This document shows, one piece after another, positions 20,011-30,457 of a DNA stretch of 42,936 nucleotides (the first letter of the stretch is position 1; every line of letters starts with the position of its first letter). A program made the position numbers and the translations under genes. The DNA is taken from assembly GCA_041659125.1 (NCBI GenBank), contig JBAZYW010000002.1:1-42936 (forward strand), written 5' to 3'. Source of the DNA: Gallionellaceae bacterium (GTDB lineage: Bacteria; Pseudomonadota; Gammaproteobacteria; Burkholderiales; Gallionellaceae). The notes beneath the pieces were generated by a model. The model did no database searches. It had not been told where the DNA came from and worked only from the letters and a program-made list of their open reading frames with translations.

Positions 20011-20613
20011 ATGTCATTAAAAACCAGTTATCGTTTCATCGCGCCGATCTACGATGTATTTCTTGAACGCTCCACGAGCCGGGCACGCAGACTCAGCTTG
20101 GCGCGCTTGCCGCAGCAAGAAAGCTTGCAGGTATTAATCAACGGGGCAGGTACCGGCTTGGATTTCCCCTTTCTGCCGCCGCGCCATGAGTACACCGCAC
20201 TTGATCTGACCGGCGCGATGTTGGCACGCTCGCTGAATCGCGGAAACGGCCTGAAAGTGGCTCGCGTGCAGGGCGATGGCATGAGCCTGCCATTCGCCGA
20301 CGAAAGCTTCGACGTGGTGGTGCTGCACCTTATTCTGGCCGTGGTACCGAGACCCGATCTGTGTCTGGCGGAAACAGCCCGGGTGCTCAAGCCGGGCGGA
20401 CGCATTCTGTTGTTCGACAAATTCTTGCAGCGCGGTCAACAGGCCTGGATACGGCGCAGCCTCAATATTTTAATTAAACACCTCGCGACGCGGCTCGATG
20501 TAGTCTTCGAGGAGGTGCTGGAAGCGACACCCCGTCTGCACGTGGTGAGCGATGAGCCCGCATTGGCGAACGGCTGGTTTCGTCTGATCGAAATACAAAA
20601 GGACATGGCATGA
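20011..20613 (+). CDS. Class I SAM-dependent methyltransferase
   Basis: Motif I VLINGAGTGLDF and post-II VLKPGGRILLFD. Confidence 0.75.
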   Translation: MSLKTSYRFIAPIYDVFLERSTSRARRLSLARLPQQESLQVLINGAGTGLDFPFLPPRHEYTALDLTGAMLARSLNRGNGLKVARVQGDGMSLPFADESFDVVVLHLILAVVPRPDLCLAETARVLKPGGRILLFDKFLQRGQQAWIRRSLNILIKHLATRLDVVFEEVLEATPRLHVVSDEPALANGWFRLIEIQKDMA

Positions 20614-21779
20614 AATTACAGAAAAAATGTTGTTTGATGTTGGCTGCCGGCATGCTGCTGTCCGCCTGCCAAACCCCGCAACAAATTGCCCCTCCCTCGC
20701 TTCAAGTAGAGAAACCATTCGTTACCGCACCGACTTTTATGGTGAGCAAATGGGCGATGCTGCCGGATTGGGCGACGCTCAACCTCGCGCCCTCATGGCC
20801 GGCCTTGCAACAAAGCTGCCGCGCGCTCAGATTCAAACCCAAGTGGCAACCGCTCTGCTCTGCCGCAGAGCAAGTGGATGCCACTGATGCTGCCGCACAA
20901 CGCGCGTTTTACGAAACCTGGTTCACCCCGTATCAGGTATTCAATCCGGACGGTAGTGAAAACGGCCTGATCACCGGCTACTACGAGCCGTTGCTCAAAG
21001 GCAGCCGCCACATGAGCGAGCGTTTCCGTTACCCCCTTTATGGCGCACCGGAAGATTTGCTCGAAGTCGATCTCGGCGATGTCTATCCGCAATTTAAAGG
21101 CATGCGTCTGCGCGGCCGTCTGCACGGAAAAAAGATCGTCCCTTATTACAACCGTGCCGAAATCGATGCCGGAGTCCCGATATTGAAAGGCCGAGAACTG
21201 TTCTGGGTGGAGAACGAAGTCGAGCTGTTCTTTCTGCAAATCCAAGGCTCGGGGCGCATCGAGCTGGAAGACGGCAGGCGCGTGAAAATCGGTTACGCCG
21301 AACAGAACGGTCACCCGTATATCTCCATCGGCAAAAAATTGATCGATATGGGCGAACTCAAACCGGAAGAAGCCTCCATGCAGGGCATCAAGAATTGGGC
21401 GGAGCATAATCCTGAACGGCTATCCGCGCTGCTGGGGCAAAACCCCAGTTATGTTTTTTTCCGCGAATTGCCGGACACCCTGTCCGCCCCTCTGGGTGCG
21501 CTGGGCGTGCCACTCACCAACGAATACAGCATTGCAGTCGATCCGCGCACCGTGCCGCTGGGCGTGCCGGTATTTCTTTCTACCACCTTGCCGAACAGCG
21601 CTGAGCCGCTCAACCGTTTGATGTATGCGCAGGATACCGGCGGCGCTATCAAAGGTGCGGTGCGCGCCGATTTCTTCTGGGGTTTCGGCGAGTTGGCAGG
21701 TATCCAAGCGGGGCGCATGAAGCAGCCGGGACGCATGTGGGTGTTGTTTCCGCGCGGTACCGAACCGACACTGAATTAA
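20610..21779 (+). CDS. mltA: Membrane-bound lytic murein transglycosylase A (lipoprotein)
   Basis: Lipobox LLSAC. GYYEP, FLQIQGSGRI, D.GGAIKG and RADFFWG motifs of MltA/3D domains. Confidence 0.9.
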   Translation: MKLQKKCCLMLAAGMLLSACQTPQQIAPPSLQVEKPFVTAPTFMVSKWAMLPDWATLNLAPSWPALQQSCRALRFKPKWQPLCSAAEQVDATDAAAQRAFYETWFTPYQVFNPDGSENGLITGYYEPLLKGSRHMSERFRYPLYGAPEDLLEVDLGDVYPQFKGMRLRGRLHGKKIVPYYNRAEIDAGVPILKGRELFWVENEVELFFLQIQGSGRIELEDGRRVKIGYAEQNGHPYISIGKKLIDMGELKPEEASMQGIKNWAEHNPERLSALLGQNPSYVFFRELPDTLSAPLGALGVPLTNEYSIAVDPRTVPLGVPVFLSTTLPNSAEPLNRLMYAQDTGGAIKGAVRADFFWGFGELAGIQAGRMKQPGRMWVLFPRGTEPTLN

Positions 21780-21796
21780 ATTCGCAGGAATTATTG

Positions 21797-22207
21797 ATGG
21801 CGAATAAAACAGAAAACTCAACGGATAACACCAAACTCCGCATCGACAAATGGCTGTGGGCCGCGCGTTTTTTCAAGACGCGCGCACTCGCCGTGGATGC
21901 AATCGAATGCGGCAAAGTGCTGGTGAATGAAACGCGCGTCAAGCCCGCCAAAGCGATCACGGCAGGCGACACCCTTGCCATTCGCCTCGGCCCTTATCTG
22001 TTTGAAGTGGAAGTTCTCGCCCTGTCGGACAGACGCGGCCCGGCACCCCAGGCGCAAAAACTCTATCGCGAGACGGAGGCGGGACGATTGAAACGCGAAG
22101 CCCTCGCGGCAGAGATTAAAGCCCAACCGCAGCCTTCCGAACTCAAAGGCCGTCCGACCAAACGCGACCGGCGCGAGATCGAACGTTTCAAGGTTGGGGC
22201 GTGGTGA
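21797..22207 (+). CDS. hslR: Hsp15-like ribosome-associated heat shock protein (S4 RNA-binding domain)
   Basis: LRIDKWLWAARFFKTRALA...I..G.V.VN...KP S4 motif with a basic C-terminus. The ATG at 21797 has an AGGA RBS. Confidence 0.8.
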   Translation: MANKTENSTDNTKLRIDKWLWAARFFKTRALAVDAIECGKVLVNETRVKPAKAITAGDTLAIRLGPYLFEVEVLALSDRRGPAPQAQKLYRETEAGRLKREALAAEIKAQPQPSELKGRPTKRDRREIERFKVGAW

Positions 22208-23378
22208 TATTTTTCAGCTCGGACGGCCTGCCGAACAGCCAGCCCTGACCGAAGTTGCATTTAAGCTCCAGCAGCTTCATGCGCACTTCCTCGGTCTCGA
22301 TACCTTCTGCCACCACATCCATCCCCAGAGAGTGCGCGAGCTGAATGGAGGAATTCACGATCTCCCAGCTTTGCGCCGAAGTCAGCATCGTGCTGGTAAA
22401 TGAACGATCGACTTTCATCGTGCCGATAGGATAACGGTTCAATGTCTCCAGCGATGAATGCCCGGTTCCAAAATCGTCAAGGGCAAGCGTGCTACCCAGT
22501 TCGGTCAACTGTTTGAGCAGATTCAAGGCAACATCCGGTTTGTTGATAATGACGGTTTCGGTGAGTTCCAGTTTTAACTCTGTCGGCGGCATCCGATGAC
22601 GCGTGATGATGGATTTAACATCATCAACGAAGCTGTCGCCGGTGAGTTGCGAGGGCGACATATTAACGCTGACGAAAGGCAATGCAATGTTCGTCGATTT
22701 GCGCAAAACAGGCCAATCGCGACATGCGCGCTCCAGGGTCCACAAACCTATTTCGCGAATCTGCCCGGTCTGTTCTGCCAACCACAGGAAATCGAGCGGC
22801 GAGATCAAACCATCTTTTGGATGACGCCAGCGGATCAGCGCTTCATAGCCTGCCACCTGCCCGGAAGACAATGCGCAGATAGGCTGGTAGTACATCTCGA
22901 ACTCGTCTTTTACCAGAGCGCGCCCGATGTCATTCGCCATGGTTAATTTTTGCGTGGCTTCGCTGCGAAGGGCGTTGCGCTTAGTGGTGACTTCCGCCTG
23001 ATCCAACTGTTGCGCAGCGGATTGGGGCAGTGACGTGCCGCGTTTGTTGCGATAACGATCCAGAATAACCAGCAGCAGATGCCGCACGATGGGGTCGGTC
23101 TTTTCCAGCAACTCATTCACCAGTTGGCGCTGGATGGTGATGAGGACGACCTTCTCCTGCGCTCTGGCGGTGGCGGTTCGCGGTTGATGGTCAATCAGTG
23201 CCACCTCGCCGAACAGCTCACTTCTGCCGATTTGATTGACGCGCTGCTCCCGTCCGTCAATGGTCACGAGGATTTCAACAATGCCATCTTCAATCAAATA
23301 GGCGCAATCTCCCGCATCCCCCTCGTTGAAAATGATCTCGCCAATACCATAGATTTCACGATTAAGATTGTTCAGCAT
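22188..23378 (-). CDS. Cyclic-nucleotide-binding domain + EAL domain protein (putative cNMP-regulated c-di-GMP phosphodiesterase)
   Basis: N-terminal CAP/Crp-type cNMP domain (FGEVALIDHQPRTATARA). C-terminal EAL domain with EALIRW, VNMS, ELTE, DDFGTG, EGIE and QG motifs. Confidence 0.85.
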   Translation of the reverse strand: MLNNLNREIYGIGEIIFNEGDAGDCAYLIEDGIVEILVTIDGREQRVNQIGRSELFGEVALIDHQPRTATARAQEKVVLITIQRQLVNELLEKTDPIVRHLLLVILDRYRNKRGTSLPQSAAQQLDQAEVTTKRNALRSEATQKLTMANDIGRALVKDEFEMYYQPICALSSGQVAGYEALIRWRHPKDGLISPLDFLWLAEQTGQIREIGLWTLERACRDWPVLRKSTNIALPFVSVNMSPSQLTGDSFVDDVKSIITRHRMPPTELKLELTETVIINKPDVALNLLKQLTELGSTLALDDFGTGHSSLETLNRYPIGTMKVDRSFTSTMLTSAQSWEIVNSSIQLAHSLGMDVVAEGIETEEVRMKLLELKCNFGQGWLFGRPSELKNITTPQP

Positions 23379-23457
23379 CGCTTACCCCTAGTCGCACCAA
23401 TGTTTTATGGTTCGCAGCTTGCCAGCATTCCAAGAAAAAGCAATGCGCAATTAATAC

Positions 23458-23928
23458 TTAGATGTTTTTCAGATCAAACGAGCGCACAAGCAGTGCGATG
23501 CCAAGCAGGCTTTGGATCAAATAAAGGATGCTGGCCACGCCGTGCAGCGCTTTGAATTGCGGGGCCAATGCGCTATGCATGACATCCAGCGGCAACGCTT
23601 GGGATTTCAAATCTGCCATGACGGGCTGGATAGCGAACTGGCCGATGAGCAGCAATAGCAGCATGAGCGCAACTATAAGAAATGACTTTTGTTTCCACAC
23701 AGACCGCCCGAATTGACGGAGCTGGTACGCCAATAAATACAACGCGCATGCGATGCCCGCTAACGCCATCCAGGTAAACATTTTGCCGGCCAGTAGTCCG
23801 GCCAACTGGCGGTCGGGCAAGGTTTGAAACAGCACCGGCACGGCAAGATAGCCGATAGCCCACGTTCCACCGACCCAAAGGGCGGCGCTTAGAACAACGA
23901 GGTGACGGGGCAGGTTGCGCAGCATCAC
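23458..23928 (-). CDS. Small integral membrane protein (DUF4149/TMEM205-like)
   Basis: A 156-aa protein with four predicted TM helices. The start overlaps the dsbC stop (ATGA). Confidence 0.6.
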   Translation of the reverse strand: MMLRNLPRHLVVLSAALWVGGTWAIGYLAVPVLFQTLPDRQLAGLLAGKMFTWMALAGIACALYLLAYQLRQFGRSVWKQKSFLIVALMLLLLLIGQFAIQPVMADLKSQALPLDVMHSALAPQFKALHGVASILYLIQSLLGIALLVRSFDLKNI

Positions 23929-24617
23929 TTGTTGTTATCCAGCGCCTTGTCCAATTCTGCGGCAGGCATATAACCGGGGATGAGCACGCCATTGGCGAAG
24001 ATCAATGCGGGAGTACCGTTCACTTTAAGTTTTCTGCCCAACTCCATCACCTTGGCGATGGGGGCGTCGCACTTGCCCGCAGCGGGTTGTACGCCGCTCA
24101 GCATCAAATTGTCCCAAGCCTTAACCTTGTCCTTGCTGCACCAAACTGCACGCACCTTTTCGGCGGAGCCGTCGAAGATGGGATAAAGGAACAGATACAG
24201 TGTGACATCGTTCACATTCTGCAACTCGCGCTCCAACTTTTTGCAAAAGCCGCAGTTCGGGTCGGTGAAATAAGCCATCTTGCGGCTGCCGTTACCCTTT
24301 ACTTTTTTCACAGCGAGATCGAGAGGCAGCTTGCTGAAGTCGACGGCAAACAACTGGCGCGAGCGGGCTTCCGTTACATTGCGCCGGTTCTTTATGTCAA
24401 ACAGGCTGCCGTCGATCAGGTACTGCCCGCTTTCGTCCGCATAGAAAACACGGTCTGACGTCACCACTTCATACATGCCGGCAATCGGCGATTTGTTGAC
24501 TTGCGTGATCTCCCCCAGCTCTTTGCCCAGCAGGTCTTTGAGTTTGCTCGCGGTATCGGTTTCGGCAGCATGGGCCAGGGAAATTGAAAGCAATCCCAGC
24601 AGTATTGTTTTAAACAT
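23925..24617 (-). CDS. dsbC: Thiol:disulfide interchange protein DsbC/DsbG family
   Basis: Signal peptide MFKTILLGLLSISLAHA. N-terminal dimerisation domain and thioredoxin fold with FTDPNCGFCKKLE (CxxC). Confidence 0.85.
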   Translation of the reverse strand: MFKTILLGLLSISLAHAAETDTASKLKDLLGKELGEITQVNKSPIAGMYEVVTSDRVFYADESGQYLIDGSLFDIKNRRNVTEARSRQLFAVDFSKLPLDLAVKKVKGNGSRKMAYFTDPNCGFCKKLERELQNVNDVTLYLFLYPIFDGSAEKVRAVWCSKDKVKAWDNLMLSGVQPAAGKCDAPIAKVMELGRKLKVNGTPALIFANGVLIPGYMPAAELDKALDNNK

Positions 24618-24638
24618 GGTGCGTCCTTGATTAATGAA

Positions 24639-25805
24639 TTAATTGAGTGCGTGCTGGGCCAGCATTTTTTTCAGCGGCGTGATGTGATTCGTGGCGGAGA
24701 GGCCGAGGTTGCGCAGCGTGCGCAGCAGCGGGTTGTCGTTGATGAACAGATGTTTCAATGCGTCGGTGGTGAGTTGCATGGAAAGGATGTCGTCGCGCCG
24801 GGCTTTTTCGTAGCGCCGCAATAAAGGCAGTTCTCCGCAATCGCCGTGTGCGCCGTTTTGCATCAACATTTCGGCTAATTGGCGTACATCGCGAAAACCC
24901 AGATTGACACCCTGTCCGGATAAGGGATGCACATTGTGCGCGGCATCGCCGACCAAAGCCAAACGGTGCTTGGTGATATGCGCGAGGTTTAGCACGCGCA
25001 GAGAAAAAGCCGACGGTGCGGTGATCAAATTCAATTCGCCCAGCATGTGTTGCGAAGCGGTGGCCACCTGTGCGCAAAACTCTTGCGGCGACAGTGCCAG
25101 CAGTTCGCCCGATTTTTCCGGGCTGACCGACCACACGATGGAAATGCGTTTATCCGGCAACGGTAGCAGCGCGAGAATACCGTCCGGCGTAAACCATTGA
25201 TAGGCGATGCCGTGATGCGGTTTAGAGGTACTGAAGTTGGCGACCACTCCGTGCTGATGGTAGGGCGTTGGCACTTCCGCCATGCCCGCCTGATGGCGCA
25301 CCCAGGAATCGCGCCCGTCCGCGCCGACCACGAGTTTGGCGCGGATCTCGCGACCATCTGCCAGTTTCAAATGTGCGGCATCAGGCTGCCAAGTCAGTTC
25401 AGCACAGCGCGCGGGGTTGAGCAAAGTCAGGTTGTCCTGTTGTTGCAGTCCATCCCACAACGCCTGTTGCAGCAAACGGCTTTCTAAAATAAAAGTGAGT
25501 TCCGCCGCGCCGATCTGATACGCGCTGAAATCCAGTTCCGCCCCGCTGTCGCCGAACACGCGCATTTCTTCGACCTGCTGCACGCGGCTCATGTCCATCT
25601 TTTGCCATGCGCCGCAGTCGCGCAGGAATTCGGCATTACCGGGAGTGACGGCGTATATCCGACTATCCCAGTCGGCAGAGTCTGCCGGCAAAGTTGGTGA
25701 GGACTGACCTTCCACCAACGCCAAGCTCAGTCCGCTGGACTTGAGCGCAGCGGCGAGGCTTGCACCTACCAACCCCCCGCCAATGATGACCACATCGAAT
25801 TCCAT
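24639..25805 (-). CDS. UbiH/UbiF/VisC/COQ6-family FAD-dependent ubiquinone biosynthesis hydroxylase
   Basis: MEFDVVIIGGGLVGASLA (GxGxxG), LVGDAAH and HPLSGQGVNLG motifs. Confidence 0.85.
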   Translation of the reverse strand: MEFDVVIIGGGLVGASLAAALKSSGLSLALVEGQSSPTLPADSADWDSRIYAVTPGNAEFLRDCGAWQKMDMSRVQQVEEMRVFGDSGAELDFSAYQIGAAELTFILESRLLQQALWDGLQQQDNLTLLNPARCAELTWQPDAAHLKLADGREIRAKLVVGADGRDSWVRHQAGMAEVPTPYHQHGVVANFSTSKPHHGIAYQWFTPDGILALLPLPDKRISIVWSVSPEKSGELLALSPQEFCAQVATASQHMLGELNLITAPSAFSLRVLNLAHITKHRLALVGDAAHNVHPLSGQGVNLGFRDVRQLAEMLMQNGAHGDCGELPLLRRYEKARRDDILSMQLTTDALKHLFINDNPLLRTLRNLGLSATNHITPLKKMLAQHALN

Positions 25806-25885
25806 CGCATTTCGTACCGATAAAAATTTGGCGGCATCATAGCATGGGGCGGTTGATTAATTTATAATCGCCGCCCCCTTCGGAA

Positions 25886-26899
25886 ATGACCATGCAAATC
25901 GGCCCCTACCAACTCAAGAACAACCTCATCGTTGCACCCATGGCGGGCGTGACCGATAGGCCGTTCCGCATGCTGTGCAAGCGCATGGGCGCGGGCATGG
26001 CGGTGTCAGAGATGGTGGCTTCTAATTCCTTGTTGTATGGCTCCGAGAAAACCAAGCGCCGCGCCAACCATGAAGGTGAAGCCGATCCGATCTCGGTACA
26101 GATCGTCGGTGCCGACCCCAAGATGCTGGCGCAGGCCGCGCGCTACAACGTGGATCACGGTGCGCAGATCATCGATATCAACATGGGCTGTCCGGCCAAA
26201 AAGATATGCAACGTGATGGCGGGTTCCGCGCTCATGCAGAACGAAAAACTGGTGGCCGAAATACTCGAAGCCGTGGTCGGCGAAGTTGACGTACCTGTCA
26301 CGCTGAAGATACGCACCGGCTGGGACAGGCAGAACCGTAACGCGGTGAACATCGCACGCATCGCCGAAGCCAGCGGCATTCAGGCACTGGCTATTCACGG
26401 TCGCACCCGCGCCTGCGCCTACACCGGCGATGCCGAATACGACACCATCCGCGCCGTAAAGGCAGCAGTAAACATCCCCATCATCGCCAACGGCGACATC
26501 ACTACACCGGAAAAAGCGCGCTTCGTGTTGCAGCACACCGGCGCGGATGCGGTAATGATCGGACGCGCGGCACAAGGACGTCCGTGGTTGTTCCGCGAGA
26601 TCGCGCATTTTTTGGATACGGGTACCTACCTGCTGGCACCGCAAGTGGCAGAGATACAACAAGTGCTCATTGCCCATGTGCATGAGCTGTACGAGTTTTA
26701 CGGCGAACACACCGGGCTGCGCGTCGCGCGCAAACACATCTCCTGGTACACCAAAGGACTGGCCGGTTCGGCGCATTTTCGCCATCACATGAATCAGCTG
26801 GAAAGCATTGCGGAGCAATTAAGCGCAGTAAATGATTTTTTTGAAGGGCAATTGCAGGCAGGGGAGAGTTTGCAATATACCGAGGCATTGGCAGCATGA
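25886..26899 (+). CDS. dusB: tRNA-dihydrouridine synthase B
   Basis: LIVAPMAGVTDRPFR and IDINMGCPAKK motifs. Followed by fis, as in the canonical dusB-fis operon. Confidence 0.93.
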   Translation: MTMQIGPYQLKNNLIVAPMAGVTDRPFRMLCKRMGAGMAVSEMVASNSLLYGSEKTKRRANHEGEADPISVQIVGADPKMLAQAARYNVDHGAQIIDINMGCPAKKICNVMAGSALMQNEKLVAEILEAVVGEVDVPVTLKIRTGWDRQNRNAVNIARIAEASGIQALAIHGRTRACAYTGDAEYDTIRAVKAAVNIPIIANGDITTPEKARFVLQHTGADAVMIGRAAQGRPWLFREIAHFLDTGTYLLAPQVAEIQQVLIAHVHELYEFYGEHTGLRVARKHISWYTKGLAGSAHFRHHMNQLESIAEQLSAVNDFFEGQLQAGESLQYTEALAA

Positions 26900-27159
26900 A
26901 AAAAGGGGGGCGTGTCGTGTTAGATGAAAATGAAGTGGCGCAGTATGTGCGCAAGGCAGTTGGCGATTATTTTACCGACCTCGACGGCGAAGAACCGTTG
27001 TGCGCGGTGTATGACATGGTGATGGGCTGCGTGGAGAAGCCGCTGCTGGAGTCGGTATTGCACCATGCGGGTGGCAACCAGACGCGGGCGGCGGAGCTGC
27101 TCGGGCTGAACCGCAACACCCTGCGCAAAAAAATTCAGACGCATAAAATTAAATCGTAA
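26896..27159 (+). CDS. fis: DNA-binding protein Fis
   Basis: An 87-aa protein with the C-terminal [29 protein letters not shown] overlap with dusB. Confidence 0.9.
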   Translation: MKKGGRVVLDENEVAQYVRKAVGDYFTDLDGEEPLCAVYDMVMGCVEKPLLESVLHHAGGNQTRAAELLGLNRNTLRKKIQTHKIKS

Positions 27160-27173
27160 CCTTCGGAAATAAA

Positions 27174-28739
27174 ATGGCAACCATCACACAAGCACTCATC
27201 AGCGTATCGGATAAATCCGGCGTCCTCGAATTCGCCCAAGGCCTGCATCAGCTTGGCGTGAAAATTTTGTCCACCGGCGGCACAGCCAAGCTGCTCGCCG
27301 ATAACGGCGTGCCCTGTACCGAAGTGGCGGACTACACCGGCTTTCCCGAAATGCTGGATGGTCGCGTGAAGACGCTGCAACCGAAAGTGCATGCCGGCAT
27401 TCTGGCGCGCCGCGATTTGCCCGAGCATGTGGCAACATTAAAGAAACACGACATTCCGACCATTGATCTGGTGGTGGTGAATCTGTACCCGTTCGCGGCG
27501 ACCATCGCCAAGCCCGGCTGCACGCTGGAAGATGCGATTGAGAACATCGACATCGGCGGGCCGACCATGGTGCGCTCCGCTGCGAAGAATCACGCGCACG
27601 TCGCCATCGTCACCGACCCGACCGACTACGCCGACGTGCTGGCCGAGATGCAAACCAACAAGGGTGCGGTGAGTGAAGCCACGCGTTTCGATCTGGCGAA
27701 GAAAGCGTTTTCGCACACCGCCGCCTACGACAGCATGATCAGCAATTACCTTACTACGATCAGCAGCGACGGCAGCAAGAGCGAGTTTCCCGCGCAAATC
27801 AATTTCAACTTCGCCAAAGTTCAGGACATGCGCTACGGCGAAAACCCGCACCAGAGCGCCGCGTTCTATCGCGATCTCAATCCGGTGGCGGGCGGCATTT
27901 CCGACTACACCCAGCTGCAGGGCAAGGAGCTCTCTTATAACAATATCGGCGATGCCGATGCGGCGTGGGAGCTGGTCAAGACTTTCGACCAGCCCGCCTG
28001 CGTTATCGTCAAGCACGCCAACCCTTGTGGCGTGGCGATTGCCGATACCCCGCTGAACGCTTACAAGCTGGCCTACGCCACCGACACCACTTCCGCATTC
28101 GGCGGCATCATCGCCTTCAACCGCGAGCTGGATGTCGAGAGCGCCACGCAGATCACCGCCAACCAGTTCGTCGAACTTATCATCGCACCTGCGGCTTCCG
28201 AGGCTGCTTTGAAAGTGACGGCAGCGAAACAGAATGTGCGTGTACTCACCGTGCCGCTGTCCAATGCGCACAACCAGTACGACGTAAAGCGCGTGAGCGG
28301 AGGTCTGCTGGTGCAGACACCGGACGCACTCAATGTACAACTGGCACAACTCAAAGTCGTGAGCAAAGCGCAGCCGAGCAAACAACAATTGACCGACCTG
28401 CTGTTCGCATGGCGCGTGGCGAAATATGTGAAGTCCAACGCTATCGTGTTCTGTAAAAATGGCCAGACCTTGGGCGTAGGCGCAGGCCAGATGAGCCGCG
28501 TGGACAGTACGCGCATCGCCAGCATCAAGGCGCAGAACGCAGGCTTGAGTCTGGTGGATTCCGTCGTGTCATCCGATGCCTTCTTCCCGTTCCGCGACGG
28601 TATCGACGTGCTGGCGGCAGCGGGCGCGAAAGCAGTCATCCAACCCGGCGGCTCCATGCGCGATGAAGAAGTCATCGCAGCGGCGGACGAACATGGCTTG
28701 GCGATGGTGTTTACCGGCTTCCGTCATTTCAGGCATTAA
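27174..28739 (+). CDS. purH: Bifunctional AICAR transformylase / IMP cyclohydrolase
   Basis: [10 protein letters not shown] (MGS-like domain), [14 protein letters not shown] and a C-terminal ...FRHFRH. Confidence 0.97.
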   Translation: MATITQALISVSDKSGVLEFAQGLHQLGVKILSTGGTAKLLADNGVPCTEVADYTGFPEMLDGRVKTLQPKVHAGILARRDLPEHVATLKKHDIPTIDLVVVNLYPFAATIAKPGCTLEDAIENIDIGGPTMVRSAAKNHAHVAIVTDPTDYADVLAEMQTNKGAVSEATRFDLAKKAFSHTAAYDSMISNYLTTISSDGSKSEFPAQINFNFAKVQDMRYGENPHQSAAFYRDLNPVAGGISDYTQLQGKELSYNNIGDADAAWELVKTFDQPACVIVKHANPCGVAIADTPLNAYKLAYATDTTSAFGGIIAFNRELDVESATQITANQFVELIIAPAASEAALKVTAAKQNVRVLTVPLSNAHNQYDVKRVSGGLLVQTPDALNVQLAQLKVVSKAQPSKQQLTDLLFAWRVAKYVKSNAIVFCKNGQTLGVGAGQMSRVDSTRIASIKAQNAGLSLVDSVVSSDAFFPFRDGIDVLAAAGAKAVIQPGGSMRDEEVIAAADEHGLAMVFTGFRHFRH

Positions 28740-28749
28740 GCTTTGAGTC

Positions 28750-28772
28750 CCCTCCCCCATGCAGGGGGAGGG
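28750..28772 (+). terminator. GC hairpin immediately after purH (terminator or REP-like element)
   Basis: CCCTCCCCC-ATGCA-GGGGGAGGG, a perfect 9-bp stem 10 nt after the purH stop. No U-run follows. Confidence 0.45.
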
Positions 28773-28888
28773 TTAGGGTGGGGGTAGAATCTTGCCGCAT
28801 CTCAACACTTTTATCCCCATCCTAAGCTTTCCTTTCTAAGAGGGAAGGAGCTTGGCTGTAGAATTGCTCTGTTGCAGTGAGGTGAAAA

Positions 28889-29125
28889 ATGTTACTCGAT
28901 GTTGTGAATGTAAAAACCACACCGGATTTCCAGCTTGATCTGGATTTTCAGAATGGAGAGCAACGTCGTTTTGATATGCGCCCTTTGCTAACCATGCGTC
29001 CTTGGAATCGCATTGCCTCTGAGCAATTGTTTCATCGTGCATCTGTTGCCTATGGAACAGTGATCTGGCCGGGCGAGATTGACATTTCGCCTGAGACGCT
29101 CTACGACGACTCAGTTCCGTTGTGA
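28889..29125 (+). CDS. DUF2442-like small protein (78 aa)
   Basis: GAGGTG RBS 4 nt upstream. The pattern V..V....DF.L.L.F.NGE.R.FD..PLL......L.....F....V.YGTVIWPGEIDISPETLY matches my memory of the DUF2442 family. Confidence 0.65.
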   Translation: MLLDVVNVKTTPDFQLDLDFQNGEQRRFDMRPLLTMRPWNRIASEQLFHRASVAYGTVIWPGEIDISPETLYDDSVPL

Positions 29126-29212
29126 ACATGTTGAGTTAGCGTCTTTTCGCGTAAGCTAACCTATTCTGATCTAATCGCACGACGATGTTCATTTACATGC
29201 CAAAGGGAAGTT

Positions 29213-30457
29213 ATGACAATTAGCGCACTTACAGTGGAAAACTTTAAGGGAATTGCAGATCAAACTGCATTCAAGATTCGTCCGATAACAATTTTTGTTG
29301 GCGCGAACTCTTCAGGTAAAAGTAGTTGTATTCATGCACTAGCTTGTTTGTCTCAGACTATAAAGCTTGGCGATGCCTCCTCACCTTTGGTTCTTGATAA
29401 CGAGAATGCTCAAGTTCATTTGGGTCGTTTTATTGAAATAGTGCACTCAAAATCATATTCGGATCCTATTTCTCTTGGTATATCAGCAGGCAATATTTCT
29501 ATCGAATTTGGACAAAAGCCAGTCACAGGTGAGGTTTCAGGTTCATATACTTTTAAAAGTACGAAACGAACACAAGAAATATCTCTTGCTAAAGTGATCC
29601 TAAAAATTGGGGCGCGAACGATAACAATATCACCAGCAAAGGGTGGTGTGTACAAAGTAATTGATTCGGTCACTCCAGGGGTTGTTCTCGAAGCAAAACA
29701 TGTGGGGAGTTTTTCCTTCATGCTGACAACGCCAAAGAACCCCACCAGCGAATGGTTTGCAACTTTTTTTGTATTGAGAGGAATACAAGAGCATATTGAT
29801 GCGCAGCTTAAAAAAACTCTTTATCTGGGCCCTTTTCGCAGACCGCCAGCAAGAAGGTATCCTTTTAGAGGTTCGTTGCCCTCAGAGGTTGGCGCACAAG
29901 GTGAGGAGGCAATTGCACTTCTTGCGCATGAATCTGTTCAGCCAAAGAATCGACCACACACTAAGCGAGTTGCTAAATGGCTTAAAGCATTGGGGCTTGC
30001 AAAAGCAGTCGGTGTTTCACGGCTGGGCGCATCAGATTTATTTGATGTGAGCATAACTCTTGAAGATGATGCTGCGTTGCCAATTAGCGATCTTGGATAT
30101 GGTCTTTCGCAAATTTTACCGGTTCTTGCTCAATGCAGTTTTGCTCCCCAAGGAGCAACCCTATTATTTGAACAACCTGAGCTTCATCTTCATCCCGGTG
30201 CAGCGCGGAAATTAGCGCAAGTATTTGTGGAGGCGACTACAGAAAAACAAGTCAAAATTGTTGCCGAAACGCATTCACAAGATTTATTGATTGCGATGAT
30301 TTCAGAACTTAAGGCAAAACGCCTTGCGTTAACTGACATTGTTGCCTATGAAGTGCAACGTATTAATGGAAAGAGCGTCTACCGAGAAATCATCTTCGTC
30401 CAAGATGGCGACGACTTTGAGGCGGATCATCCTTGGTTCAAGTCGCTTGAGAAATAG
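29213..30457 (+). CDS. ABC/SMC-like (AAA_15/AAA_21-type) ATPase with DUF3696-like C-terminus, no fused nuclease
   Basis: Walker A FVGANSSGKSS, YLGPFR motif, signature-like SDLGYGLSQILPVL, Walker B LLLFEQPELHLHP, and H-loop AETHSQ. AAGGGAAG RBS. Low GC: 39 of the first 100 nt are G+C by hand count. Confidence 0.85.
   Translation: MTISALTVENFKGIADQTAFKIRPITIFVGANSSGKSSCIHALACLSQTIKLGDASSPLVLDNENAQVHLGRFIEIVHSKSYSDPISLGISAGNISIEFGQKPVTGEVSGSYTFKSTKRTQEISLAKVILKIGARTITISPAKGGVYKVIDSVTPGVVLEAKHVGSFSFMLTTPKNPTSEWFATFFVLRGIQEHIDAQLKKTLYLGPFRRPPARRYPFRGSLPSEVGAQGEEAIALLAHESVQPKNRPHTKRVAKWLKALGLAKAVGVSRLGASDLFDVSITLEDDAALPISDLGYGLSQILPVLAQCSFAPQGATLLFEQPELHLHPGAARKLAQVFVEATTEKQVKIVAETHSQDLLIAMISELKAKRLALTDIVAYEVQRINGKSVYREIIFVQDGDDFEADHPWFKSLEK

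Noticed and set aside
25806-25885. Possible sigma70 promoter (TATAAT at about 25866) for dusB-fis
   Set aside because: The TATAAT hexamer is present, but no -35-like element lies at a 16-18 nt spacing (TTGATT is only 4 nt away). That is too weak to report as a feature.
27438-28388. 316-aa minus-strand ORF inside purH
   Set aside because: It is antisense to purH and has no motifs. The same argument applies to 30517-31260 (in purD), 26006-26818 (in dusB), 32405-33391 (in hemF), 18872-19528 (in rpe), and 34645-35568 and 36439-37269 (in the sensor gene).
28836-29129. 97-aa minus-strand ORF in the purH-purD insert
   Set aside because: It is fully antisense to the DUF2442-like ORF, which has a good RBS and a recognisable family pattern. 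The minus-strand ORF has neither.
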